Shown here: positions 51,101 through 63,404 of the stretch, in pieces
Numbering within the stretch: position 1 is the stretch's first letter
Layout: the number at the start of each line of letters is the position of its first letter
From: Stegostoma tigrinum
Taxonomy: Eukaryota
Direction of reading: 5' to 3'
Assembly (NCBI RefSeq): GCF_030684315.1
Contig: NC_081374.1
Span: 8,792,837 to 8,856,836, forward strand
Length of the DNA: 64,000 nt
Notes under the pieces: generated by a model
Seen by the model: only the letters and a program-made list of their open reading frames with translations
Told to the model about the DNA's origin: nothing
Databases searched by the model: none
Translations under genes and position numbers: made by a program

Positions 51101-52759
51101 CGAATAAGCATACAGTTCAATAACTGTGCTTGAATAAAGCTGATCCTGTCCTCACAAATCCTTCCCACAGCAGGTCACTGAATTGGTGAACATGAGTGGG
51201 AATCGTAGGAGGCAGAATTTTATTTCTCTCTCATCTAGCCTGAGATTCACTAATTCCCACAACTAATGCCTTGAGAAGAGATCAGTCTGGTGATTTAGAA
51301 TGGTGATTCAGTCACTAAGCTGTGTTCTGTCCTTGAGCAGTGAAGCATTCATCGAACAGTTCCAGTGACACAAGCCTTTTGGATTCCCTGTTTTAAAGCC
51401 TGGGATGCGTTGTTGAGATTTTACAGATAAATGGTGTATGCAATCATGAATTAATGCAGGACAGATGGAGGTTAGAGCTTTGTTCCCAAGCCAGCTCTTT
51501 GAAAGAACTATCAATTAGCCACACTCCCCTGACACTTCTAGGGGGCCCTGCAAATCTCTCCCACTTCTGGTGTTTATTCCATTCCCTTATAAGTATTATC
51601 ATTGAATTTGTTTCTGCTGTCTTTTCAAGCAGTGGATTCCAAACAGTGCACATTCATTGCATTAACATGTCTCTCCTCATCAACCTCTCTGGTTCTTGTC
51701 CAAAAATTGTCCTTAAGTCTGAGTCCTTTACTCACTGAACATTCTGCTTATCAAAAGATTCCACATGGGAACATAGCAATGGGAGTGCGCCGTTCAGCCT
51801 ATTGAACCTGCTCCACCATTCAGATAGATCATGATCGATCATTTGCCTCCACATGCTTCCCTACACTATCTCCTGTCCCTTAATATCATTAGGCTCCATT
51901 CTCTATTGCTGTTTCTCTTAAATATGCTTGATGATCGAACTTCTGCAGCCCTCAAGTATTCACCAAATTCTGAATGAAAAAATGCCTCCTCATCTCAGAC
52001 TTAGTTTTGTTTTCAAATATTCCGTCATGGGATGTGGGTTCCTCTGGCTGGGGTGCCATTTATTGTCTATTCCCCTTTTTACCCCAGAGAAGGTGGTGGT
52101 GAACTATCTTCTTGAACCACTGCGGTCCATGTACTGTAGTGAAACAATGTTGCTCGGGAGAGACTTCCAAGATTTTGATCCAGTGACACTGAAGGAACAA
52201 TAATACATTTCCAAGTCAGGATGGCATGTGGTTTGGAGGGGAACTTGCAGATGGTCACATATCTACTGCCTTCCTCTCTCAAGACGGAAGTGACCTAAAG
52301 TGATCCTGAGATTATATCCTTTTATGTAATTTAACAAAACCTTCAACGATTTTGAACACATCCCAACTCTCCCCATAACCTTCTCAAACTGTAACTGGAC
52401 AGCGTAGCTAGGGTGAAACTGTACCCTCTCATAAAACAAAAGGGCAGATTTAAAGTGATTTGCGAAAGTGGAAAACACGAAAGGAAAATAAACTTTTAAC
52501 CTAAGTGGTTAAGGTTTGGAATGCACTTTGGAAGTGAGGTGGAGGGATTCATGAGGGAGTAAGGTATTATCTGAACAGAAACAATTTGCAACGGGAAAAA
52601 CCAAGAGAGGGACAGAATGCTCATTTGGAGAGCCAGTGGTGACAGGATGAGCTGAATGGCCTCCTTGTATGCTGTAACATGTCTGTGACTCTATGAATCT
52701 CCCTGGTGTCCCAATATAATTGATGACCCTCATCCCTGGTATCAGTCCAGTAGATCTCT

Positions 52760-53025
52760 AGTGTGGCACATTGGTCAGCACTACTGCCTTACACAGCCAG
52801 GAATCAGCATTCAATTCCACCCTTGGGAGACTGTGTAGGTTTGCTCCAGTTTCCTCCTGTAGTCCAAAGATATACAGGTCAGGAGCATTGCCCACATTGA
52901 GCAGGAGTATGCAACTTAGGTGGATTAGCCATGGTTCACATAGGGATAGGGTAGGTCTGGATGGGATCATCTTTGGAGGGTCAGTATGGGCCAAATGGAC
53001 TGCTTCCACACTGTAGGGCTCCAAT
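52760..53025 (+). mobile_element. Degenerate HE1-type SINE
   Basis: Family head and tail. Confidence 0.7.
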
Positions 53026-53423
53026 GAAATCCTCTGCACTTTCTCTGATGAAAATATCAACCCCCTGAAACTGCACATTTGTGCACCATTGAAAATAACT
53101 TTATCTGCAATCTCTATCAGAAATGTTTAGGCTGTGATTGTGAGCAGTATGCTCAGTGTTGAGAAACTAGAGAACAGTTCAAATTTGCTGCTGAAAACAC
53201 CCCTTCACTGTGCCTGAAATCCCTGTGGCCCAGTGTCACACTGAGCTGCTGGGCTAGGGATTCCTTGGCATCATATTCTTCAAGTTCAACTCATACTCAG
53301 CAAGTGAGAAAGTTACATCATTAAACGTTGATCTACAACTGCCTACCTTTTGGTGCCCAATGAACATTATTGTGAGTGAAAGCTGTTAGAGGAAGAGTTA
53401 GAGGGTGGTCCCTTGATACTTAC

Positions 53424-53594
53424 TGGTCATCACCTTGATGGTGATGGGATTTTTCTGTTGAATGGTGTGTGTGAAGAGGAACCGGGCATTACAGATGTAA
53501 TCAAAGCGAGCATCGCTACGCACCACATTGGAGAAGTACAGGTCTCCATTCAGGCCCTGAGACACACGTTTATTCTGAGGGATCGAATCCATCA
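53424..53594 (-). CDS. NFASC: Neurofascin exon, Ig2 C-half ([24 protein letters not shown]...[17 protein letters not shown])
   Basis: tttttag acceptor, GTAAGT donor; 171 nt; GDLYFSNV and HTIQQKNP are NFASC-like. Confidence 0.96.
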
Positions 53595-53704
53595 CTAAAA
53601 AGAGACAAGAGATCTTAAGTTCAGGAAAGGTACTTCATGTCCTCACACATTTTATATACCAATACAATTTTATTTTTGCCACCTAGCCATTTCTAAATAA
53701 TTAT

Positions 53705-54060
53705 TAAAGTCATACAATCATATAGTGCTGAAACAGGCCCTTCGGCCCAACCAGTCCATGCTGACCGTAATCCCAAACTAAACTAGTCCCACCTGCCTGC
53801 GCTTGGCCCATATCCTTCCAAACCTTTCCTGTTCATGTACTTATCCAAATGTTTTTTACATGTTGTAATTGTACCCACATCCACCACTTCCTCAGGAAGT
53901 TCATTCTACACACGGAGCACTCTCTGTGTAAAAAAAAAATTGTCCCTCATTTTTAAAAAAAAAATCTTTCACCTCTCACCATAAAAATATTGTCCCTAAT
54001 TTTGAAATCCCCCATCCCAGGGAAAACCTGCTATTCACCTTATCTATACCCCTCATTTCT
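53705..54060 (-). mobile_element. CR1 3' fragment
   Basis: Matches the 2060-2390 tail. Confidence 0.78.
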
Positions 54061-54939
54061 GCAATATAGTTATCTCCCCAGGAACTCCATGAGTACAGTG
54101 TGACCCCACTCTCTTCTGCCCACTCCAAGTCCCACACAATACTGTTGGATGGAGTTGCCTGAGTGACTAAAACAAGTAACATTTTTTGATATGTTTCTCA
54201 TTATTCACTGTATATTCCTGCTGCTGATCTTTGCTAAAAGGTTCAACCTATGTCCCTCCTGCAGTTCAGCATTTTCCATTGCAGGTTAGTACAGGTCCCT
54301 CACCTCAGCTCCTTCCTTCTGGTGCACGCACTAGAGTTCCACACCTTGTGATGCATGGCTACTTTCATGCCTCTCTAAAATGGACGTAATACCACAGACG
54401 TTGGAGATTGTAGATGCTTTTTTTAAGAGGTGGCATTAACTGGACAAAGGATGGATGCAGGTTATCAGTTCCCCCATCCTGGCCAGGTGAAAATCCAGGC
54501 CACAGTGTTCAATTGAGCTGTGTTTGATTATGCAAGTCTGATAGCTGATCTATACTCACCGTACTTGAACGATTAAGTCTGGGTATAGACTTGGAGCTGA
54601 AGCAAGTGAAGAAGCTACTAGAGGTTAGAGCTGGCATTAACATGAGTACAGAGATTTAGCGAGTGCAGAGATTTATGGCACATAAGCAGCTGTGCAATTA
54701 GAAATGAGTATCTCCTCGAGATTGAAAAATATAAACTATACAGCAGAAATGGCAGTCAAAGCAACAGGAAGCCAGTGAAATAATCTTGGCCACTAGCATT
54801 GAACACAATTATGGTGAACTGCATGTTTTGCATTGATATTAAATGTGCTGTAGGTTCAATATAGTGTTGCACAAGCATTTATTATAGACAATTAATATCT
54901 TTTACATCATTGATGAAGACCAACTTGACTAATTTGTTT

Positions 54940-55325
54940 TATTAATTTGTTGGTCATGGGCATTGCTGGCTGGGCTAGCATTTATTGCCGTCCCTAGTTG
55001 CCCTTTGAGAAGGTGGTGGTGAGCTGCCTTCTTGAACCACTGCAATCCATATGTTGTAGGTAGACCCATAACGCCCTTAAGGAGGGAATCCCAGTGACAG
55101 TGATGGAACAGTGATATATTTCCCAGTCAGGGTGGTGAGTGGCTCAGAGGGGAACCTGAAGGAGGTGGTGTGCCCATGTATCTGCTGTCCTTGTCCTTCT
55201 AGGTGGAAATGGTCATGGGTTTGTTCTGAGATCTTCAGTGAATTTCTGCAGTGCATCTTGTAGATAGTACACACTGCTGCTACTGAGCGTTGGTGGTGGA
55301 CGGAGTGGATGCTTGTGGATGTGAA
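54940..55325 (-). mobile_element. LINE 3' UTR fragment (second family)
   Basis: ttgagaaggtggtggtgagctgccttcttgaacc motif. Confidence 0.78.
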
Positions 55326-55629
55326 TATTGTCTTAAAGAGACAAGAGAGGAAACGGGAAGGAGGCAGAGAGCTGAAGAAAGGTAGTCTGACATACCAAGC
55401 CATGAAAACACAAGATAACTAATGAACTAAACAAATGGCTATGTGATGCTCATGTTTATGCAGGGAAGTGGAGTTGAAATGCCCATCAACCATGATTAAA
55501 TGGCAGAGTGGACTCGATGGGCCGAACGGCCTTACTTCCACTCCTATGTGTTATGGTCTTATGGTCTTATTGTTAGTTGATCTACAATTGATTGTGTTGG
55601 CCTGTTGTTCATTGATTACAATATTTCTA

Positions 55630-56560
55630 AACAACTTGTTTAGAGATGTTATTACACACATCTGCAGCAGCGAGGATTTAAAGCTGGGCCTACTGGCTCA
55701 GAGATAAGGACACTAGCTCTGCACCAGACAGTCCCTCCTGTTCATTAACTTTTATTTTACATATCCAGGTGTACTCTTGCACACAACTCCGTATGTTTTA
55801 TTTCTCCATGACCAAATCACCTGTGGTTTTATTTTCATCTATTACCCACCACTACCTTCGGTCTGCCTCCCCCTCTCTCCCTATTTATTCCAGAACCCTC
55901 TCCCCATCCCCCTCTCTGATGAAGGGTCCATGCCCGAAACATCAGCTTTTGTGCTCCTGAGATGCTGCTTGGCCTGCTGTGTTCATCCAGCTTCACACTT
56001 TATTAACTAGTAAAACACTTATGTTTTTCAATTTATTAAGTTACACACAAATCCCATTAAGGGCAGTGCAGACCCCGCAAAAGTGAGGAAGAGGGAGGGA
56101 GTTCAAACAAAATGGAATTGGAAGGGGAAAGACCTGCATTGTTATAGCACCTTTCTGTTCGACATAGTTTCTCAATCAACCTGTTCCGACATACCTCTGG
56201 AGTAGGTAGGACTTGAAACTAGGCCTCCTGGTTCAGAGGTAGGAACACCGCCATTGTGTCGCAAAAGCCCTCCTGCTTTCACTTGTTTATTTTCTTAAAA
56301 CCATTGGCCCTCCTTCTACAAAGACACCTTCTGTCCCGCAAGATTCAACATCTCCTGCAACCCTCTCCCACCATCCCCAACTGCTGGCTGAGCCCCGGCG
56401 AACTGCTCAGATTCCTTTGCTCTTTTTCTGCCAGTGCTTTTTGAGACATTTTCTAACTAATCCATTCAGAGAAATCATTAAACACCTCTACAGCAGGCGG
56501 GACTTGAACTCAGGGCTCCTAGCTCAAAGGCAGGGACACTACACAGTTCCACAAGAGGCC
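55630..56560 (-). repeat. Three short (~100 bp) tRNA-derived SINE copies (55630-55735, 56170-56270, 56450-56560)
   Basis: Shared aacctgttcagagatgttattacacac..cttgaac..ggcctcctgg..agagg.agggacact motif; also at 40785-40880. Confidence 0.65.
55840..56004 (+). mobile_element. Penelope 3' end, single arm with intact-looking hammerhead core and upstream pyrimidine-rich UTR
   Basis: ctctCTGATGAagggtccatgcccGAAAcatc at 55912-55943. Confidence 0.8.
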
Positions 56561-56926
56561 CCACTCATTGCACTGTGTAATTGTCCTCAATCACTTAAAA
56601 TTGTGGGTGGAGCTAAAGGGTCAACTGATTGACTCCACATAAAGAGTAAATTGAAGGCAGAAGATTCCAGAAAAGACCATAGTATTTCCTGAAACAACTG
56701 CAAGTTTGAAGATGTTAAAAGTTCTGCAAATAAACATAGAAGAACTAAATTCATCTTCACATTTCTCCAAGAAAAATTAGAAAAACGATAGATATAGCAA
56801 CCTAGTTGGAAGTTGGTGACAAGTCAACACCACAAGTGGTAACGAGGATACACAATGTCGTTAATCCTAAGGAATTAAGTATTTACAGCATTTAAAAGCC
56901 TCAAGCAGAAACTTGGCCAAACTTAC

Positions 56927-57049
56927 TGCTGTCCATCCAGAAGATGACAGGAGGAGGAAGTCCAGCAGGGGGCTGGCATGGAAGAATCAACGATGCTCCT
57001 TCCTGAACCTGGAAAGGGTCCAAGACCTCCTTACGCCACAGCGGTGCTT
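56927..57049 (-). CDS. NFASC: Neurofascin exon, Ig2 N-half ([41 protein letters not shown])
   Basis: cctgtag acceptor, GTAAGT donor; 123 nt, phase 1->1; translated by hand, not in ORF track. Confidence 0.95.
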
Positions 57050-57961
57050 CTACAGGTTACGCAGAACACAGAGAGGCAGAGAGAGGGACTGTCAGTGATA
57101 GTGGATCACAACAAGTTCAGATGCATCCAGGAACAAACAGCAGCGGCTACAAACAAACTGCGAACCGTTTGCTCGGAATCAAACATCTCCAGAGAGACAA
57201 TCGTGGGGGACGACAGCAGTAAGGGAGAAAGCAGCATAATGGAAAAGGAGATAAAGTTGAAACACCGTTAACAGGAACATTTACGAACATTCACTACCTG
57301 AGGCAGGAGGGAGGGGCATTGGTAGTAAAGATAAATCACAAAATTCTGGAAATACTGCAGGACTGACAGCATCCGTGGGGATCAAAACAATGGGCTGGAT
57401 TCACGGAGGCAATGCAGTTCTCCAGTTTTAGAGCCTCACATTGCCTCTTTAAGGGACATTTTACTGTGTTATGTGTCATTGGACACACTGGACAGTGCCG
57501 AGTCTCTCCTAGGACGAAGGACCTGCAGGGGTGTGAAGCAGACCCCCTGAGAGCTGCTGGCCAATCAAAGGCCTTACTGCACAGTACACCCACTGGCAAG
57601 TATTGTTACTGGATTCCCACGCCATTGGATCAATGAGGGATTTGGAGAGGATTCAACCGCAAAGGTAATCATTTGATTCCCAGCGAGACTCCTCGGGTCA
57701 AGCGCAGAATGCCTTCGTACACGTGGAATACCCATCTGTGATCCAACAGGGAGCCCACGTGGCATGGTACGGATGTCTGCCTGTCCTGCTGCCCTCATGG
57801 CGGGTCGCTGGCCAACTGCTGCGTAACTTTCAGCAGCGACGGCATGAAATCCAAATGAAGGACTTCAGATAATGGGCCAATGAGAGCAGGAAGCTGTCAC
57901 TCTGAGTCTCCTGCTCATGATTTACTCCTGGTGGAGGCAAACTCTCCACTAACCACCCTTA

Positions 57962-58276
57962 AAGTGTGGAAGCAGGAGTTTCAGCCCTCTGAAGAGCATT
58001 CCACCCAGACCCACCCTATTCCTGCAACCTTGTATTTCCCATGGCTACTCCACCCAGCCTGCACATCCCTGGACACCATGGCTCATTTTGCATGGCCAAT
58101 CCGCCTAACCTGCACACCTATGAACAGTGGGAAGAAACCAAAGCAGCTGGCAGAAACCCACACGACATGGGGAGAATGTGCAAACTCCACATAGACGATC
58201 GCCCGAGGCTGGAATCAAGCCCAGGTCGGTGGTGCTCTGAGGCAGCAGTGCTAAGCACTGCATTATGGTACCGCCC
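57962..58276 (-). mobile_element. HE1-type SINE
   Basis: Family body. Confidence 0.8.
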
Positions 58277-59828
58277 CCAGCCTGATTAAATGCTCCTCAC
58301 CACAAAATCCAGCAAAGTGAAGGGCGTTAGATGACATCTCTTCTTTCGGACCAATGTATCAGAACTGGGAAAGATTTGAAAAAGCAAGGGAAATGTAATC
58401 TTGCATTTTCCCTCCTCATTTCAGATTTCCAGCCTCTGTGGAAACTCAGGGCTCGTTGTCTTTTCTCTCTGTTGAGTCGGCAACTCAGAACAACCCCTGG
58501 CCAAACCAGTGAACCAGATGTGGATCTTGGAAAGGTCTTTAAAAGAGATTAAAAAAAAACTTCCCTTCCCAGACTGTCATTCATGCCTCAGGATTCCTAA
58601 AGAGCTTTATAGCTGATGTAACACTTCCAAAGTATAGTCAGTGTTATATTGTAGGAAATGTGGCAATTGACTTCTGCAAAGCAAGTTCCCACAAATATCA
58701 GTGTGAAAATGGCCAGATCATCTGTTTTAATGAGGTCGACTGAGCAAAAAGTATTAACCTGGATATTGGGATAGTGCTAGCGATGACTCACCTACATTCC
58801 TTTGAAATAAAGATGTGGATCTTTACATTTCGTGGAAACAGGGAAAGTGGGAGAGATTTAAGGAGAGAACTCCAGAGGAGTTGTGGATGGTTAGAAAAGA
58901 ACAATTAATTCAAGAGGGCCCAGTTAGCTTAAGGAAAAAGACAGACGAGAGGACTTATGCCAAGGCAGGGTCAGAGAGTTCAGGGATGTGTTGGCAAGGT
59001 GAAAGATTTCATGTTCAGGGAGACAATGAAGGATTGGGCAACATTTACAGCATATCCTTGATATAGTTTAATGTTATTAAGTCTCACTTAGAGAATGTGG
59101 ACAACACAGCATGGTATCATTTGATCATGCAAGCCCATGCAAAAGCCACCATTGCCAAGGACAACATCTGCTGCTAGTTTCCTAGAATGGAGTGTGTTGA
59201 CAGGCCAATTCAGAGATCAATTTGGACGGAGAGTGGAGTGCCATATGGATGCGAATGGGCAAAGTTGCCAGATTTCTTTAATGAAAAGTGTATTCACAGG
59301 ATGCAGGTAGTCGCTGGAAAGTTCATCATTTATTGCCCAACCCTAATTGCCCTTAAACTAATTGGCTTGCTAGCCCATTTCAGAGGGCAGTCAAGAGTCA
59401 AACACATTGCTGTTCGTCTGGAGTCAAACGTAGGTCAGACCAGGTAAGGATGGAAGATTTCTTTCCATACGGTGAGCCAGGGGAAATTTACAATAACAAA
59501 TGACAGTTTAATGGTCATCATTTACTGTGACTAGCTTCTTAGTTCCAGATTTATTCACAAAATGTATTATTTTCTTTTTAAATTCCAGCAGTTCCTGTGA
59601 TGGAATTTGAGCCCCTCCCTTATCCATAACATTAAACCTGGGATTTTGGATTGTTGGACAGGTAGCTTCACAATGACACTGCGATCTTGCCCGTTTAGTC
59701 TTACTGCTGTTGGCTCCTTTTTCTAAACTGAATTCAAATTGTCAAACATCCAAAGTGAGATTGAAGTTCACCTTCTCTGGATTATCAATCCAGAAACATC
59801 ATCAAAACAAAAGTCCCACCCTGATACA

Positions 59829-60046
59829 AGATAATAAAGTGTGAAGCTGGATGAACACAGCAGGCCAAGCAGCATCTTAGGAGCACAAAAGCGGACGTTT
59901 CGGGCTTAGACCCTTCTTTGATGAAGGGTCTAGGCCCGAAACATCAGCTTTTGTGCTCCTGAGATGCTGCTTGGCCTGCTGTGTTCATCCAGCCCCACAC
60001 TTGGTTATCTTGGATTCTCCAGCATCTGCAGTTCCCATTATCTCTC
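59829..60046. mobile_element. Palindromic Penelope-derived hammerhead element, ~15-bp diverged TSD
   Basis: tcccaccctgataca (59814-59828) vs tcccatcctaataca (60047-60061). Confidence 0.83.
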
Positions 60047-60111
60047 TCCCATCCTAATACAGTCTGTACCAAAGAGAGTCACTATTTCAAACTGTAACAG
60101 GTTCATCTTAC

Positions 60112-60308
60112 TGGAGACTCGAAGGAATATTTTGTGGGAGAGTGCGGTTCCATAGTCATTTCTGGCTGAGCACTGGTATTCCCCCTCATAGTCCTCTGCG
60201 CGGCCACTGTAACGAAAATCCATCGTGAGGGTCCCTGACCGCGATCGCATCGAAACTCTGGAATCTTTTGCGACGTTGAAAAACTTTCCATTTCGAGTCC
60301 ACGAGAAG
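60112..60308 (-). CDS. NFASC: Neurofascin exon, Ig1 C-half ([27 protein letters not shown]...[26 protein letters not shown])
   Basis: ctgcag acceptor, GTAAGA donor; 197 nt, phase 2->1; YEGEYQC Ig motif. Confidence 0.96.
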
Positions 60309-61029
60309 CTGCAGAAACATCGTCAGCCAATTGGGGCACCATTAACCTGTCTTAACCAAGTCATCCAGGACAAACATTACACTTCCCATCCTTTTGAGAA
60401 ATTTGCAGGTGTTAATCCCATTTGCCTGGGCTGATTAGGTCTTGTGGGCCTTACTCTAAACACGGAGCTTTCTCCGAATGCAGGTGCTGATACATTTCTG
60501 AAGGCCTGGCTGCAGAAACATGAACTTTCCCCGGGGGCCCTTTACAAACACACATATGGAGATATGAAACAGCGTCAGGCGTAGGGACCCTCAAGCCTGC
60601 TCTACCATTCAAAACACAAGCAGATCAGTCATTATCTTTTGAATTCCACATCCCAATTTAAATCTGATGACCTTTGGTATATTTTCCAGTGTGTGGACCG
60701 CCAAAGATCCATGCGCGACAGTGTCTTCCAGAATTAGAATTCCAATCAGCATGCACAAAACCGAGTAGCCAAGCAGTTTGGAGAGATGCTGGCTGGAGGG
60801 TTAATTATTTTAAGCATGTCTTTGGGCTCACTTCATTTCTTAATGGGGAATAGCTGGGGAATAACTGGGAGGTCATGGGATGATTCCTGGGTCAGCCTAA
60901 CAAAGTGCATTGTGAACTCGGCTTCTCAGAACAAGGGGTTCTGGTAAGGACTTGAATCTGGAGCTCCTGGCCCAGAGGTAGGGATGCTACCCACTGCACC
61001 ATAAGACACGCTGGGACCGCAACTATTCG

Positions 61030-61818
61030 AAATGTATGGGAATGATTTGGAGGAAGGAAGTGTAGTGTACTGTACTGTAGCCAAATTTGCAGATGACATA
61101 AAAATAGGTGGAAAGGCAAGTTGCCAGAGGAACAGAGGGATCTTGGTGTGCAGATACATAGATCCCTTAAAATGGCCACCCAAGTGGACAGGGTTGTTAA
61201 GAAAGCATATGGTGTTTTGGCTTTCATTAACAGGGGGATTGAGTTTAAGAGTCGTGAGATCTTGTTGCAGCTCTATAAAACTTTGGTTAGACCGCACTTG
61301 GAATACTGCGTCCAGTTCTGGTCACCCTATTATAGGAAAGATGTGGATGCTTTGGAGACGGTTCAGAGGAGGTTTACCAGGATGCTGCCTGGACTGGAGG
61401 GCTTATCTTATGAAGAGAGGTTGACTGAGCTCGGTCTCTTTTCATTGGAGAAAAGGAGGAGGAGAGGGGACCTAATTGAGGTATACAAGATAATGAGAGG
61501 CATAGATAGAGTTGATAGCCAGAGACTATTTCCCAGGGCAGAAATGGCTAACATGAGGGGTTATAGTTTTAAGCTGGTTGGAGGAAAGTATAGAGGGGAT
61601 GTCAGAGGCGGGTTCTTCACACAGAGAGTTGTGAGAGCATGGAATGCGTTGCCAGCAGCAGTTGTGGAAGCAAGGTCATTGGGGTCATTTAAGACACTGC
61701 TGGACATGCATATGGTCACAGAAATTTGAGGGTGCATACATGAGGATCAATGGTCGGCACAACATTGTGGGCTGAAGGGCCTGTTCTGTGCTGTACTGTT
61801 CTATGTTCTATGTTCTAT
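61030..61818 (+). mobile_element. CR1 3' fragment with open ORF2 C-terminus (202 aa) and (gttctat)n tail
   Basis: QRDLGVQIHRSLK..RPHLEYCVQFWSPYYRKD..WNALP. Confidence 0.93.
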
Positions 61819-61989
61819 GAATGCAAACAGTTTTCAGAGAGATCCGAAACAACTGCTGATGCTGTAGATCAGAAACAAAACCAGAAATTTCTGGAAAAGC
61901 TCAGCAGGCCTGGCAGCATCTGTGGAGAGGAATCACAGAGTTCATGTTTCACATTGAGTCATTCTTTCTTAGGTTCTGGAGGTCACAGT

Positions 61990-62785
61990 GAATATTGACA
62001 GGTTAAGGAACAGGGCAAGAAGTTGGCAAATGAAGTAGAATATAAATTTATTCATTTTGGAAGGGAGAACAAAAATCACAGAGCCTTATTTAGATGGAGA
62101 AAACCTGCAGAAAGCTGCAACGCAAAGGGACTTGGGGGGGGATTTGTGCATGAAAAGGCAATCAGGAAGGAAATTGGAATATTGGCCTTTATTTCAAGAG
62201 GGTTAGAGTTTCAGAGTAGGAAAGACTTATTGGAACTTGAAAAGATGCTGGTGAGACTACATCTAGAGCACTGTGCACAGTTTTAGTCCTAAGAAAAGGT
62301 ATTATTTCATTGGAGGAGTTCAGAGAAAGTTCACTTGGATGATTCTTGGTATGGAAGCTGGTACTCTACTCTCTGGAGTTTAAAAGAATGAGAGGTGATC
62401 TCATTGAAATGTACAGGATTCTTAAAGGGCTTTATGGGGTAAATGCTGACAGGGTGTTTCCCCTCCAGGGAGAGTCTGGGACCACAGGGCACAGTCTCAG
62501 AATAAAGTTGCACCATTTTATGACTGAGATGAGGAGGTATTTCTTCTCTCAGACAGTTCAGAGTCTTTCGAACACTTTGCCACAGAGAACTCTGGGGCAG
62601 AGTCCTTGCGTACATTTAGGGCTGAGGAAGATAGATTCTCAATGATTCGGGGAATCAAGGGTGACAGGGAAAAGCAGGGAAGTGGGCATGAGGAATGTCG
62701 GTCAGCTACGTTTTTATTGAATGGTGGAGCAGGCTCTAGGGGGTGAATGGCCTACTCCTTTTCCTATTTCTGATGGTCTTATGGA
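61990..62785 (+). mobile_element. Older CR1 3' fragment
   Basis: RLHLEHCAQF and FKRMRGDLIEMYRILKG remnants. Confidence 0.82.
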
Positions 62786-63029
62786 AGGTCAGTAACTAAA
62801 GGACTCAGATTTAAGGTGGAAAATGAGTGAGAAAGGTGCAATGAGGTGCTTTTTTTAGCGCAGTGAATTTTCCATCTGGAACTAACACCCTAAAAAGGTG
62901 GTGGAAGAGGATTATATAACAACACACAAACAGGAACTGGATGAGCACTTGAAAAGGAAATAATTTTCCAGTGTACAGCGAAAGACAAGGGGAGTGGCAC
63001 TGATCAGTAGCAGGTTCAAAAGGTCAGCA

Positions 63030-63113
63030 GTGGGGCTGGATGAACACAGCAGGCCAAGCAGCATCTTAGGAGCACAAAAACTGACGTTTCGAGCCTAGAC
63101 CCTTCATCAGAGA
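63030..63113 (-). mobile_element. Single-arm Penelope-derived hammerhead element
   Basis: Minus strand ctCTGATGAagggtctaggctcGAAAcgtc. Confidence 0.8.
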
Positions 63114-63298
63114 AAAAGGAAGTGCTAATTCCACATTGCTCAGAGGTGGCCATCAGTGGATGACAGTGTTCATTGCAGTACACAGGACATGTCCCCAAAT
63201 TCTGTGCCCCCATTCCCCTCCATCCACCCCCTTCATCTCCTCATCCCAGGGTGATATGGCATTCCCCTCATGGTAAATGTAAAGAAAGGATTACATAC

Positions 63299-63404
63299 GC
63301 AGGAGTTGGGTTACCCTTCCCTTCACAGTAAATAATAACGTTATCTCGTGGATCTACGATGTAATCCTTTGGACTCTGCTTGGTGATGGTTGGAGGCTGG
63401 GCCA
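63299..63404 (-). CDS. NFASC: Neurofascin exon, Ig1 N-half ([34 protein letters not shown])
   Basis: ttgcag acceptor, GTATGT donor; 106 nt, phase 1->2; peptide matches [25 protein letters not shown]. Confidence 0.96.

Noticed and set aside
815-63404. Assignment as NRCAM, L1CAM or CHL1
   Set aside because: [41 protein letters not shown] and [18 protein letters not shown] fit neurofascin better.
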